The notes: generated from the sequence alone by a model not told the origin. A DNA stretch of 64,000 nt from Batkoa obscura (GCA_030770535.1 JASVEC010000021.1:682001-746000); one strand, 5' to 3'; shown: positions 42,027-55,789, numbered from the stretch's first letter. Numbers and translations are program-made.

Positions 42027-42672
42027 TAACAATTATACTAAGTATGCTTTGATCAAAAATAAAATAATTTTATGTATTATTTGATATTTTTTAGTATAAA
42101 CTCTTAAGCAAGATTTACTGTTAATTTTTTTATAATTTATTGCTACTAAGAAGCCAAATGCTTTAGTTCTATAAAAGCTTTACTTCACAAGGTTAATAGA
42201 AAGTATTCAGAATAGTTTAATAACTTTTGCCTATACGCCAAAAGCTTATAAATTTTGTGTCTTAAGCTTTCATAAAGTTTTGATATATAAGTAAAAAGCT
42301 ATCAAATTGTTATTAGTACACTTTGCTTTGTTGTAATAGCTTTTATTTTTAAAAACTATAAAAAGACTTTATCTAATATAAAAGGTATAATAAACATCAA
42401 TAAAAGACAAGATTGAACATATAACTTAAAATCTTAAATAGTAAGCAATTACAGCAAGAAATTTATCAGAAACATTTTCAAAGTAAAAAAACTATAATTT
42501 TTAAAACCTATATCTCATTAATAATCTTAAGATTTATATAAAAAATGCTTTCCAAGATTATTTTTATAACTTCTAGATGCTAAAAAGCTTTAGTAACAAG
42601 CTTCTTAAGGCTCTTCAGTATAAGCTGGTTTTAAAGAAAAACTAATTTTTTAAAACTAATAAGAAAAAATAT

Positions 42673-42771
42673 GGGGATGTATTTTTGTGTTTAAGAATTT
42701 TACTAACAAATTTTCCGCTTAAATAGTGCTTAAAAAATGGAAAAAATAATGAAGTCAAAAAAAACACTCCC
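42673..42771 (+). mobile_element. ~100-bp MITE copy in the GPCR tandem-unit spacer
   Basis: ATAT flanks; absent at the paralogous position near 45280; nearly identical to the 56449 copy. Confidence 0.9.
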
Positions 42772-43421
42772 ATATGCCAGAAGTTTTGATAAAAATTTTC
42801 TGATAAATAAACTCTAATTGCTTCTAACTAATCTTATAAAAATGGCTTTAAGTCAAGTGTGTTAGAAAATATCGTCAAGGCTAACTTTGAAAAACAAGAC
42901 CAAAAAGGTATTCACTATTCCAAAATTATTAAATTTCATAATATCATCATAATCTTAGCTTTGAAATATATAAATGCTGAATTTATATAATATATGTATT
43001 TATTTTATTAATAATCTTTCTACTTAAGCGCTTGGAATGAAGAAACATTATAGTATTTATTCTTTTTACTTATGATTAAGGTTTTAATGGAAACATTTTC
43101 TGAGAGCTACCAATAGACCTGGACCAATATTTAAATCTAGGCTAATCTAAAAATTTGAGATGAAAAGATAATTTTGGGTCTAAACTAGCCCATATATAGT
43201 AACTCGTTATATTTAGTGTCACTACTATGATAACAATTTATGCCAAGATCATTTGTACCACCCAAAAATTAATTAAAGTTAGTATACACATTAGTATTTA
43301 CTATAACAAGGATTTGTAATAAAATTTGAAATAAAAGTATAAAATATATTAATATGACTCAGAATAAAATTTAAAGGTGAAGTTTGAAATCAGTAAATCG
43401 AAACTAATTTTATAAATCAAT

Positions 43422-44663
43422 ATGGTATCTGACGAATATGTCAAATATATTGCTGAGGAGGTTGCCCCAGTAATCAGTAAAGTTTCATTAACATTAGCTA
43501 CTTTAGTTGTGGTCACTATGATTGTATTGAGTAAATATTAAACATTTTGAATCAATTGATCGAGTATACTAATATTAACAATAGCAATATATGATTATAA
43601 ATTAGTCAACAGAGTAACTTTGAGATTGCAAACTGTTATTTCATGCTTTGATATTTGGTTACATTCTTTTCCATTATGGAGCCATCAATATAGTTACAAT
43701 GGATCCCCATTATGTGCATTCATTGGCTATCAGCTATTAGCCTTCCCGTTATTTTATGCTTTACTTAATGTTGCTATTGGAGTGAATTTGCAATTAGTTT
43801 TTATACATGGCATTGCTATAACAAAAAGGATTGAAGCAGGATATTGGATTGGATCTATCCTACTTATGCTAATCATTAGTATCCACCACTTGGTACTATA
43901 CTGTTCAAATTATCTATATACTTATATTAATCTATTTTTTAAGCAAAAGGAATGTTTGGCTATAGTGAATTTAATGGTTGCTATCTTTCAATGGATGATG
44001 AAGACAGTGCTAAGACGTTTGATTTCTACGCTAGTATCTTGATTACAATGATCTGTATGCTTTATTTGTTAGTCATTGTAATTTTGGTCATAATAATATT
44101 GAGTAAACAAACCAAGAAGATACAAAACTTTAGACTGTTTCGTGGAGCAAGAGCTTCTGTAGAAGCAGCCAAAAGCGTAAAGATCATGGGTTTTAGAATG
44201 TACATATTTTGATTTGCAATTTGTTGTGGCTAATTCTTTTTTTAGCTTACTATACCCTATAATAATGATAGTCTCTCAATCAGGACTAGTAATAAACCAA
44301 ACAGCATATGATCTTTTTGACTTTGAAGCACCTGAATTGTTCATTCTTACAATGATTACTAGTGGAATATTAGGAACCCTTAATTTTACTGCTTTTTGTT
44401 GTGATCCTACCATTCATTCTGCGTTTAGGAAAATATATTTAAGAATTACAGCTAAAAACAGGATCCAAGACATTGTAAATGATGAAGGTATGATGATATA
44501 TAATTAGCATAGTATTAATAAAACTAAAATCCATTTAGTGGGTAGCGAGGTAATGCTTTCTACTAGAGACAATTTAGATGATATTGATCAATCAAACTCT
44601 TCGTTTACTTTCACTGAGAAAGTAGATGGTAAAATGCTTACCGAAATTATTCAAAGTTTATAA
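43422..44663 (+). CDS. Seven-TM GPCR (cAMP-receptor/Git3-like), family A copy 1; five exons; 1-nt deletion near 43883
   Basis: Spliced MVSDEY...LVNRVTLRLQ...GVNLQLVF...CY...FRILLYP...GTLNFTAFCCDP. Reads atccacc where copy 2 reads atcccacc, which breaks the frame before intron 2. Confidence 0.75.
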
Positions 44664-45909
44664 TGTTAACTCTAACTAATAATAACAACGTATAAGCTTT
44701 TTATAAAACTATAAGTAAAGTTGACTGAAAAGTAAGCGCTTTTCTATTATTTATATAGATAAGTAGCTTTTTCTCTATATGTCAGAAAATTATGAAATAT
44801 CAAAATATAATAATAATATATTTAATCATTGTGTTGAAATTTTACAAAGTTCTGAGATATAGATAAAAAGCTACTAAGTTATCCCTATAACGTTCTATTT
44901 CAATATACATTTATTTTAGATTATAAAAACTAAAGTTGTTTAACATAAAAGGTGCAATAAATATAAAAAACATAATATCAAATGGGTAATTTGAAACATT
45001 AAATAAAAAGCAGCTGCATAGATTTTTTTTTATTAAGAGCATTTTAAAAGAGAAAAATAAAATTTCAAAGTTAAGAGTTAAAAAAGTCTATATTTCATTA
45101 ACAAGTTTCAAATTTATTTATGAAAAATATTGGGAAATATTGGCAGAAAAGTGTTTCAAAAGGCTGCTATTATATAACTATTCGCATTTTCTAAAAGTTA
45201 GAAGGCTTACTACTAAAATGGTTTTTGAAGCTTCTCAGGATAGCTAATTAAACAGAAATTGATTCTTAAAAATTAAGAAATAGCATACCAAAATTTTTAT
45301 AATGAAAGAAAAGATAATATAATTTGTATTTATTTTACTTCATTTTTCATATGCTTTTAAGAGTTTTTTTAAATGTTTGATAAATAAGCTCCTATTACTC
45401 TCAGTTAAACGCGTCAAGAAATGCTGATAGAATTAGCTATCAAAAACAAACTAAAAAGCTATTCATTGTTCTAAATTAATTAAATGTTCGTAATATTTTA
45501 TTCTTGAATTTGAATAGCATAAATTCTGTATCTATGCATTATGGTACTTTCATTTTATTTGTGAATAAATTTGTAATATTTATTTTCTGAGGGCTGCCAA
45601 TAGACTTGAATAAATATTGAAATCTAAATTGAATAAAGAATTGAGCTGGAAAATATTAGAACCTTGCGTTTGAAGTAGCCCATATATAGTAATTCTATAT
45701 CACTTATTGATATCATAAGGATGACCGTTCATGCTTAGCTTATTTCTACCATCCAAAAATCAATAAGGGGTACTATAGTAGCTAATATTTGTCAAAACAA
45801 GAATATCTATCTAAATTGAAATGAGAGTATAAAATATCACAATATAACTCAATAAAATTTAAAGGTGAAGTTTGAAATCAGTAAATCGAAACTAATTTTA
45901 TAAATCAAT

Positions 45910-47153
45910 ATGGTATCTGACGAATATGTCAAATATATTGCTGAGGAGGTTGCCCCAGTAATCAGTAAAGTTTCATTAACATTAGCTACTTTAGTTGTGG
46001 TCACTATGATTGTATTGAGTAAATATTAAACATTTTGAATCAATTGATCGAGTATACTAATATTAACAATAGCAATATATGATTATAAATTAGTCAACAG
46101 AGTAACTTTGAGATTGCAAACTGTTATTTCATGCTTTGATATTTGGTTACATTCTTTTCCATTATGGAGCCATCAATATAGTTACAATGGATCCCCATTA
46201 TGTGCATTCATTGGCTATCAGCTATTAGCCTTCCCGTTATTTTATGCTTTCCTTAATGTTGCTATTGGAGTGAATTTGCAATTAGTTTTTATACATGGCA
46301 TTGCTATAACAAAAAGGATTGAAGCAGGATATTGGATTGGATCTATCCTACTTATGCTAATCATTAGTATCCCACCACTTGGTATTGCATTATTCTAGGA
46401 TATACGTAGATTGATATTAATGGTTTTTATCTAGCAATGGATATGTTTGGCTATACTGAGTTTAATGGTTGCTATCTTGCAGTTGAGGATGAAAATATTG
46501 CAAAAACATTTGATTTCTACGCTAGTATCTTGATTACAATGATCTGTATGCTTTATTTGTTAGTCATTGTAATTTTGGTCATAATAATATTGAGTAAACA
46601 AACCAAGAAGATACAAAACTTTAGACTGTTTCGTGGAGCAAGAGCTTCTGTAGAAGCAGCCAAAAGCGTAAAGATCATGGGTTTTAGAATGTACATATTT
46701 TGATTTGCAATTTGTTGTGGCTAATTCTTTTTTTAGCTTACTATACCCTATAATAATGATAGTCTCTCAATCAGGACTAGTAATAAACCAAACAGCATAT
46801 GATCTTTTTGACTTTGAAGCACCTGAATTGTTCATTCTTACAATGATTACTAGTGGAATATTAGGAACCCTTAATTTTACTGCTTTTTGTTGTGATCCTA
46901 CCATTCATTCTGCGTTTAGGAAAATATATTTAAGAATTACAGCTAAAAACAGGATCCAAGACATTGTAAATGATGAAGGTATGATGATATATAATTAGCA
47001 TAGTATTAATAAAACTAAAATCCTTTAGTGGGTAGCGAGGTAATGCTTTCTACTAGAGACAATTTAGATGATATTGATCAATCAAACTCTTCGTTTACTT
47101 TCACTGAGAAAGTAGATGGTAAAATGCTTACCGAAATTATTCAAAGTTTATAA
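45910..47153 (+). CDS. Seven-TM GPCR (cAMP-receptor/Git3-like), family A copy 2; five exons, intact
   Basis: Four GT-AG introns restore a continuous frame with seven hydrophobic segments and NRVTLRL, RILLYP and NF..F..DP motifs. Confidence 0.82.
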
Positions 47154-47363
47154 TGTTAACTCTAACTAATAATAACAACGTATGAGCTTTTCATAGAATC
47201 ATGAAATAGTTTTTATTATAAATTAGTTGATATTAAATACTAATACTTTCCTTATAAAAAATTATCAATGCAAATGGCTTCAATAAAATTTTGAAGGAAA
47301 ATTCCTTTTAATTTTTTTTGTAATTTAGCTTTTATTGAGAAGCCAAGGGCTCAATGGTTATGT

Positions 47364-47656
47364 GGGAGTGATGATGCTATTTTATCCCCTAATAAAAATC
47401 CCCTTTTTAAGTAACGAAATAGATCGATCGTTCAAAAAAATGCCAGCTAAATTAAAATTAAAACATTTTAAATATTTATCACTAACCCTAACCCTAATCC
47501 TATCTTAATTTGACTTTAGTAGAAATTTAATAGATATATAAATATAAAAAGTAGTTCGACATTTGAATTTAAGTTTAAAATTTTACCAACAATTTCTATA
47601 AAATAAAAATCATTCTTTACCAAAAATCTGATTTATAAAATACTAGCACTACTCCC
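47364..47656. mobile_element. 293-bp TIR element C
   Basis: Ends GGGAGTGATGATGCTA and TAGCACTACTCCC, flanks ATGT/ATGA. The flanking sequence resembles the uninterrupted paralogous site near 42140-42200. Confidence 0.55.
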
Positions 47657-47708
47657 ATGACAACCGGTTTAGCTTCTACGAAGGCTTTAATAACAATCGC
47701 AATTTTAT

Positions 47709-47807
47709 GGAGATGTCTTTTTTGGCTTCATCACCTTTCCCATCTTTTAAGCGCTGTTTAAGCGGCAAAATTGATAGTAAAATTCTTAAATACAAAAATA
47801 CATCCCT
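47709..47807 (-). mobile_element. ~100-bp MITE copy
   Basis: Reverse consensus match. Confidence 0.83.
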
Positions 47808-48410
47808 TTATTTTGTTTGAATGGTTAAAATGTTTTTTTTATATGATTCTCTACCTGGTTTTCGTTTCTATATTTCTTTAAACGTTAAGACGACTGTGTC
47901 TCTCACTATAATACTAAATGTTTAATAAGTTTGTATATACAAATTTAACATAATACCATATTTTAATCTCTTTTGATCAACTTATAACTTGTAGTTGTTT
48001 TTTAAAAGACTTAATATTTTTTAAAGGTTATGACATTTGAACTAAAATTTATACAGCAATTGATAGAATCATTTATGCAGTTTATAAAATTTTAGTACCT
48101 TATCGGATTTTAGCATCTTATAATATTTCACTTAAAAATAAACTATTAATATTACAATTAGATTAAATTAGCCATTACTATTCTTTAAAAAATCTTAAAA
48201 CCTGTGTTTTTATTAATTCGACAAAGACAAAAAATTACTTCATGAAAAGGCTTTATGTTCAATAATAAGTCCATAGTCAATAGGGGTTTATAGATAGCAA
48301 TATATTTTACTTACCTAACATATTCTATTCATAATTGAATCGATGACTATTGTTTTTAACTCATGGTTTAAGCTTTTATTTCAAAATATAAAATTTTATA
48401 GGTACTATAT

Positions 48411-48507
48411 AAGAGCGTTTTTTTGACTTCATTACTTTTCCATCTTTTAAGCGCCATTTTAGTAGAAAAATTGTTAGTAAAATTCTTAAATAAAAAAATA
48501 CATCCTC
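48411..48507 (-). mobile_element. ~100-bp MITE copy, ~115 bp downstream of WBP1
   Basis: Reverse consensus match with ATAT flanks. Confidence 0.83.
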
Positions 48508-48623
48508 ATATATTGTTACTTAATAAGATTCTCATAAAAATGATACAGAAAATTAATTGTAGTAATGATATTATTTAGTTAAATATAATTCATGAGCAAG
48601 CAAATTAAATTTTGCTATTTTAA

Positions 48624-50249
48624 TTATTGATTTTTCTTTTTTGAAGGAGTGAGGTCTTCCTTATAAAATAACCAAATGATTGAGAAAAGGACAAAAGATA
48701 TACCCATAGAAGCAGTAGAAAGATAGTAAGGGAAAGCAGGAGTAAGGAAACGAGGGTACTCATTATGACGGAAAGGATGAACAGGAACTACATTTTTTTC
48801 AAAAATATAAGAAAAACCTTCTCTTTGATAATCCACTTTAAATGTAAATACACCATAAACATCCGGTAATTTAACTTGTGTACTATAAATTGAATACGAG
48901 TTACCATCTTTATCCGTCTCTACTTTCTCAAAAGCTAAATAAGTACGTATATATGGGTCCAACATTATGATCTCCAATTGTATATCTTTCTTTTGGAATG
49001 GTAACCATGTATTATTGCTATACTCTGCTAATTTTATGCTATATTTCTATTTATAAAAAGAGATAAATTTATACTTTAAATTATAAATATTACTTACAAT
49101 TTCATCATTAATACGATAATTACTTGGAGCTTCAACTTCATTAATTCTATGATGATTAATACCCATACATTTTATAACACCAAACTCTTGAAAATTCCAT
49201 TTAGTAATTTGTTTAATAAAATTAAGATTGTCCGAATCAATTGCACTAAATTGAATAATTAGTAACTGAATTATTATGAATAGTATTATCATTACGCTGA
49301 TTTTTCGCCATTATTGAGTTTCTTAATTATTTTGTCATTGACAAACCTATTTAAAATTTAATTTGGTATTAATTTAAATGTGATTATTACTTACTTATCT
49401 GAAAACATTTCAGTAGAACCAAATATAGTAACTCTAGCATTATTGCTAGTTTGAAGAGCAGAGATTAGGCTAATTTCATGGCCAAACAGAGAGGTAGTGT
49501 CCGAACTACTTGGCTTTAATGAAAAAGAAGACACAGTAGATTTTAAAATGGATCGAACTTTATTATTGTTACTATTATTAATACTATGGCCAACTCCCTT
49601 AAACAAAATTGGTGCTTGAATCTTATATTCTTCTGAAAAATAATTAGAATAATTTATATCTTCACTTAGTATATATTCATGATCCTCATCATCATTGTTG
49701 ACAACATTATAGTTAAATGGGTCTAATACTTTACTACCTTTAACATCAAACTGAACTCCAAATTGATACGCTACATTTTGATATAGCTTAGATAAATCGT
49801 TATTGGCTGCCAATAACAAATTTCCTCCTTGATCTACAAATTCAATGATCTCTTTTTCACTTAGTCCACCTCCATAAGCTATGTTTTTTTTTTTATAAAC
49901 ACATAAAATATTAAAAGCAGATAAATCAATTTACCAGTGACTTTTGGGGAGAACAAAATCAAATGATCATAATTTTTAGTCTCAAAGTTCATCAATTTCA
50001 CATCCTCTTCTTGTGCTTTAACGAAGGTTATATCATAATCACGATCTATTGTTTAAAAGTATATAAATGGATTAATATTAAATAATTACCAATATTAATT
50101 TTACCTTTCAAACTACTAATAAATTGAGAATAGTCTTCCATAACGAAGTCATTATCGCCTATAAATAAAACTTTATTCCCACTGTAAGATAATGAACTTG
50201 CTATCCCACTAATTAGTATAGAAATAGCTGAAAAATTCAACAGTTTCAT
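48624..50249 (-). CDS. WBP1: Oligosaccharyltransferase 48-kDa subunit (Wbp1/OST48), multi-exon
   Basis: Signal peptide, YSQFISSLK, FVDQGGNLL, ALQTSNNARVTIFGSTEMFSD, MLDPYIR, LPDVYGVFTFKVDY, PFRHNEYPRFL, a TM segment and a C-terminal KKxx. Confidence 0.93.
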
Positions 50250-51544
50250 TTTTTCAATTACTAATAATTATAATATTTAAAAAAAGATAAAATTTATATT
50301 AAATATTTAAAATTATCAATACTACTCGTAGTTTTTATTGATTGGCTAATTTAATTTAAACTCGCCTTAACCCTTTGTAGACCATATAGATTTGTTTACT
50401 ATTTGAATTTCAAGTCAAAGTATAATTTGGGAGAAAATAATTGTCAGGGTTAGTACAATTATCTAATTTTTTTGTCCAATTGGTTATTTTTATAAAATAA
50501 ATTTCACTCTAGACATTTTTTAAAAAGAAATTTGGTATTTAAAGGGTTGAACAGCTTTGTTTGAGTTGCTATTTTAGAAAGATTATTTTAATTAGTTACT
50601 TTGAGACTAAAATATTAAATTCTATTTAACTAATTTAATTGCTTATAAGATCTAAGATCTATCCAATAATAGTTTTATATGGTAAGAATAGGATAGAATA
50701 AAGATACTAGTCTTTGAATATATTAATGGTATTGTTGATATTCGAAGACAATTGATATGGTATTTAATTGATATTCTTATCATGGGATGGAGCTAAGCTC
50801 AATTTTTCGGCTTTATGCTATACATTTGTAATTTTAGTATTCCTTAAACTCTCAAAACTATTATTAAATAGTATGGTATATTAAAAGGGGAAGCTTTAGA
50901 GCATATAAAACAAGGGTTATTTGATTATCTCCTATTTCTACATCATTTTTTAAAATCCTTTTTTTTGAAAAAGCGCATTTATTTGGAAACAATGTTAGCA
51001 AATTTTAAGTGAAAATTTTCGTTCTTCCGTTTTTATATTGATAGTTATTGGTGATAAAAAGCAAATTGGTGTGGAGTATAATTTTAGAATAGGAACTTAT
51101 ATTATAACTATACTGTGTAGAAAAAGATAGCGGCCTTTAAACAATAAGTTGGCTATAGTGGAATGAGATGTAAGAAAATCGATTGGCATATACTTCCATC
51201 CAAAAAGGAAACAATATAAAGCTTAATATAGTAAGATGTAGCTGAGTTTATTTTAAAATTAAAATAAAAAGTAGGATGGATTGGATGATGTATTAGGATC
51301 ACTTTAATGATGCATAATAATACTAGCAATGTTATTATGTTAGTGCAATGTGATACTCCTAAAGTCAAAGGATAACAAATGGATAGAACCATAGTACTAT
51401 TTTTTATACATGGAAATAGTATATTTTATTTAGTTCTTTTAGGATCACTTTTATATGTATCGTATCTTAATGTTTTTACCCTATCTATTAATCCCTTCAA
51501 AATGGGAATGAAAATTAAAGAGGTGTTAATTATTAACAAAAACA

Positions 51545-51559
51545 TATATAAGTAAAAAG
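51545..51559 (+). promoter_or_regulatory. Putative TATA element conserved upstream of both family B GPCRs
   Basis: TATATAAGTAAAAAG lies ~55 bp before the ATG at 51601 and identically ~50 bp before the ATG at 61568. Confidence 0.5.
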
Positions 51560-51600
51560 CAAATGAGTCAAAAAAGTATAAAAAATTAATAAATATAATA

Positions 51601-52725
51601 ATGCTTCCTTTTCAAATTGCAAGAGTAGTAACAAAATATAATAATATTATCTCGATTATTGGGGCAATTGCATTACTTCTTTTTATATTAGTAACACGCC
51701 TACTAAAATTCAAAGCTGCGGATAGACTAAGTTATAAGATATATATTTGGATAGCTATTTCAGATATCATATATAGTACCTTAGTCTTAGCACAAACGCA
51801 AAAGCTTATTGATAGAGATGCTCCAGAGGATATAAGAGAAGTACTTGAAGAAAACATGGACTTTTGTATTCTTGCGACTCATACTCAGCATATCGTTAAT
51901 GTATGGTTTGTCTTTTTAACCACATGTCTGGCTTATAATTTACAAACCGTGTTTTTGAAAAAGAAAGTATTAAGGATTGCAAATCATTGGATTTACGCTT
52001 TGGGTACACTTGCTATTTGCCTTGTATTTTACGTGCCTTCAATTATATATTCATACCTAACTAACAACTGCTATGGTTTAAAAGCTTATAAAATAGCACC
52101 ATGGGGATTTATTTACTTTCACTCGGTATTTGTTATCCCTGTTACTCTTTGCTGCTGCTATTGTGCTTATATTTTTATAAAAACATACTTAACTTTAAGA
52201 GCCAAAAAGATAGTTTACAATAATAGTAATGTACAAAGTAATAGTGTCAACCTAAATAATCATATGGATTTATTAGCTAGAAGATTAATGAGTTACGCCA
52301 TTATCCCATTAATAACTCAGTTTCCATTTGTTGTTATTTCTGAGTTATATATCGATGAGAATTACGTAGGAACTGTAGCCTCAGATTGTTTTGCTGATGT
52401 ATTAAGTTCTTCAGCTGGTTGGTTAAACTTTATTTGTTTTATGTTTGATCCTGCTATTCCACATATCTTATATGAATATGAATTAAGAAAGTCAAATGGT
52501 AGCATATTTCAAGTTACTGGTAATAGCAGTGATAATAAGCCAGCTATAAATGGAGCTCGGTGGCTATCTAGTTTAAAATTAGGCTCCGACCTTAAGCGCT
52601 CCTCTACCGCTCCTTTAACTTCTATTACCACTACTTCTTCTTTTACCGTTATTGATAGTAATGACACACGTTTTACTTTATCTGAAGTTGAGGAAACTAC
52701 CGCTATTAGAATTAAACAAATGTAA
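51601..52725 (+). CDS. Seven-TM GPCR (cAMP-receptor/Git3-like), family B copy 1; intronless
   Basis: Seven hydrophobic segments with DRLSYK, C..AYNLQTVF, ARRLMSYAIIP and GWLNFICFMFDP, plus a Ser/Thr-rich tail. Confidence 0.85.
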   Translation: MLPFQIARVVTKYNNIISIIGAIALLLFILVTRLLKFKAADRLSYKIYIWIAISDIIYSTLVLAQTQKLIDRDAPEDIREVLEENMDFCILATHTQHIVNVWFVFLTTCLAYNLQTVFLKKKVLRIANHWIYALGTLAICLVFYVPSIIYSYLTNNCYGLKAYKIAPWGFIYFHSVFVIPVTLCCCYCAYIFIKTYLTLRAKKIVYNNSNVQSNSVNLNNHMDLLARRLMSYAIIPLITQFPFVVISELYIDENYVGTVASDCFADVLSSSAGWLNFICFMFDPAIPHILYEYELRKSNGSIFQVTGNSSDNKPAINGARWLSSLKLGSDLKRSSTAPLTSITTTSSFTVIDSNDTRFTLSEVEETTAIRIKQM

Positions 52726-52887
52726 TAGCAATAATAAATATTATTTTCGCATAATTTACTATATTTAGAATTTCTGATTTTGATCTTTTCTTATAATAAA
52801 AGCAAAAAAGCTGCAAAAGGATAAATAATCTACTTGAATTTTTTGTATCTCAATTTCTTTAATTTGTAAAAATAATAATAAGATTCA

Positions 52888-53738
52888 ATGGAGAATAAAA
52901 ATCAATCAAGGAGTTTTGTATCAGAGAATACATTAGAAGAGATCAAAAAAAGAAGAGAAGAAAGCGGCATTTCAAGTAACTAACTTTATTTATTTATTCA
53001 ATATTTTTAACTATTTTCTAAAAAAATAGTTCATTTAAATTAATTTTATTAATCAGATTACATTTAGATACTAAAGAATCGAATTATGATCCACGTACTC
53101 TATTTGAAAGATTAAAAGAGCAGAGAGCTAAAAAAGAAGAAGCTATTGAAGAAGCTAATAAACTTGGTAAGCTAAACAAAAGAACAGCATAGAATAAAAT
53201 AAAATTAATTTTTCCATAGGAAATAGGATTCATCGATTGGATGAAGATGAATCTGAGTATTTAATTGAGTTAATAGAAAAAGAAAAGAGGATCAAGCTAG
53301 AACTAGAAACAAAAGAAAAAGAAGAAGTTTTAAAGTTCAAAGAGTAAGTAAGATTGGTTTTATCAAATTTTTGAATTAAGTTCTTTTAGATTGGTAGCTA
53401 ATAATAATGTCACTAAAATACCAAAACTTGATATAAAAAAAGAAGTGCCAGCTACTTTTGTCATTAAAAAAAATCCAGCAGATAAACAAAATATCAATAC
53501 GAATAGTAGTAAAAAGAAAACTAATCCATTATTTTCAAAATTAATTAAAACCAAAATTGAACCTAAAGATAATAACAATACTGATGATACAAATACAAAA
53601 GTAGATACAAATAAGGATAAGGAGAACGATATGACTAAAGAGAATAAAATGGAAGCTATAATGGATGATACTAATAAGAAAACCCATTCCCCTTTTATGG
53701 AATTATGCAATTACTCGAGCGATCCTGAAGAGGAATAA
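52888..53738 (+). CDS. FAM192A/NIP30/Fyv6-like nuclear protein, four exons
   Basis: Spliced SFVSE..LEE, YDPRTLFERLKEQR.KKEE and RLDEDESEYL, ending LCNYSSDPEEE*. Confidence 0.8.
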
Positions 53739-55789
53739 AATTTTGATCAAGTTGCATCTTGATAGTTTATTTCAATGATTTTTACTTATAGATTAGCTTC
53801 TACTAGTTTTACATTTATATAATAAAAGAAGGACCAGATAATATGATGATTGCTATTTACTTTTAAATTCAAGACAAACCTTGTTTTTATTTCGAATAAT
53901 AGGAAAATAAACGCATGTCAATGATCAAGATGCTGTGAAAGAAAATATGGAAATTCCTTTTAGAAAAGAAAGGATGGGGTATCATTATTTAAGATAAATT
54001 CTAAACTCTAAATCAAGTCTTAGTCTAGTTTAATTTAACGGAACTTTTTATAGTTAAAAACCTCGGATAGCTTCAAGCATTTAATGCTATTGAAAAAGTC
54101 AAATTCTAAAACAAAGTTGATAATAGCAGAACAGAATTACTAAATAAAATTAATTTAATATAATATTATTTTTAGTTTGGTTACAGGCATTAAAAATGAG
54201 AAAGATAAGTTTTATAATTTTAATCACCTTGGCATTGGAATACTTTTAATTTTTTCACAAGTAGTATTGTCCATATCAATATAATTTGTAATAAGTAATA
54301 ATATAGTAGTAAGTTTATAATCACGACTTCCTTTAATATTGATAATTTTAGAATCCTTAATAATCAATATCTCAATATTCTTGAGAAAGGAAAGGAAACA
54401 AAGGAAATCTTCGAGAGTAACATGAAGTTCATTGGTCTTAAGATGATTAGCCGTTTTACATTTTATTGGATTATATTTTCTAAGATGAAGTTTGTTCTTA
54501 TCTGAATTATATTTATCGAATATCTCAACATTCATATTAAAAAGCCAAAGGTTAAAATGAACTTGAAAGTTTGAGAAAGAATGAGCTGAACGTACTAAAT
54601 CGAATGATAGGCAACTAAAATAATTTTTCTAATGTCGATAAATTAAAAAAAACATAGTCAACTGATAAATATTATGAGTTGAAATAGTTTAATCTAATAA
54701 TATTGCCATTTTCAAATAATTTCATATCATCATAACCACTATCATTGAAACAAAAAGACCAAGATAATATATTAATCTTATACTTGAAATTGCTTCAGAT
54801 TTCCAAGATACTCAACCCTAAATTTAAATCTTCCTTTAATTTCTAAATTTATATCAAGCGAAGGTGGCAATAGAATCGTCTGAAATTAAACCTTTAACAC
54901 AAATATTGGATTCCGTATTAGTATGTTTTTGGATATTGGTTTTGGTGTGAAAGACAGGTTGATACATAATTCTAAGTTAAACATCCAGGAATTCGAAATC
55001 ATATTCGATTGGCTAGTTTTTTGGCTGTAAAATTAACTTTTTTAGAATTAAGTCCTTTTCATTATGGTTGGCTAAAATAACCTAAATAGAAATAGTACTA
55101 GCCAATCTTAATAATTATTATAGTTAAAAGTCCTAATTTAAAAATCAGTTACCCTTAAATTAAAAATATTCAAATACAATTAAATTTCCATCTAAATTAA
55201 ATATACTTCAATATGATAGTAAACTGCTTTAATCCTATATACTTTATAATATATAAACAAATAATTATTAAACAAAATAAAAGTATTTTTAAAATCTGAC
55301 ATAGAATAATATTATTTAGTATTATTTTATTATTACATTAATAAACTGCAATTATTAATTAAATATTATCCACTTCAAAAAGCTTTTCTAATTTGAACTA
55401 AACACAAGTAAATCTGATCCTGTTACTGTTTTTTAATTTATAAAATTTTAATACTAATATGTTAAATTTAAACTAGAATAATATCAAATTAAAAAATTCA
55501 CTTGTTTTTCGTATAGATTTACAGTAGCAGAAAAAAAGTGTAACATGAAATATTTAAAGATGAGTTTATTAAAAAAAATATATATAAACCTTATAGCTTG
55601 TCTTTTTATAAAATCAAATCCTTTAGAACGCTATTTATAAAAAAGTATCGTATTATTAATTTTTAATTTTTAATTTTTAACTTAGTTACTATAAATAACT
55701 TTTTATTAATTTGATTTTTTCAACCAATTAGAATAACTTGCATTAAAGTTCAATTTCTTAAAAAAATAGTCTCTTATATAATATTAATA

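Noticed and set aside
44200..44246. Apparent frameshift/TGA shared by both family A GPCRs (also ~46691-46737), suggesting recoding
   Set aside because: Explained by a 47-nt intron (GTACAT...GCTAAT...TTAG) that restores FRILLYP.
47482..47500. Interstitial telomere (CCCTAA)n
   Set aside because: Only about two and a half units, inside a putative TIR element; too short to call.
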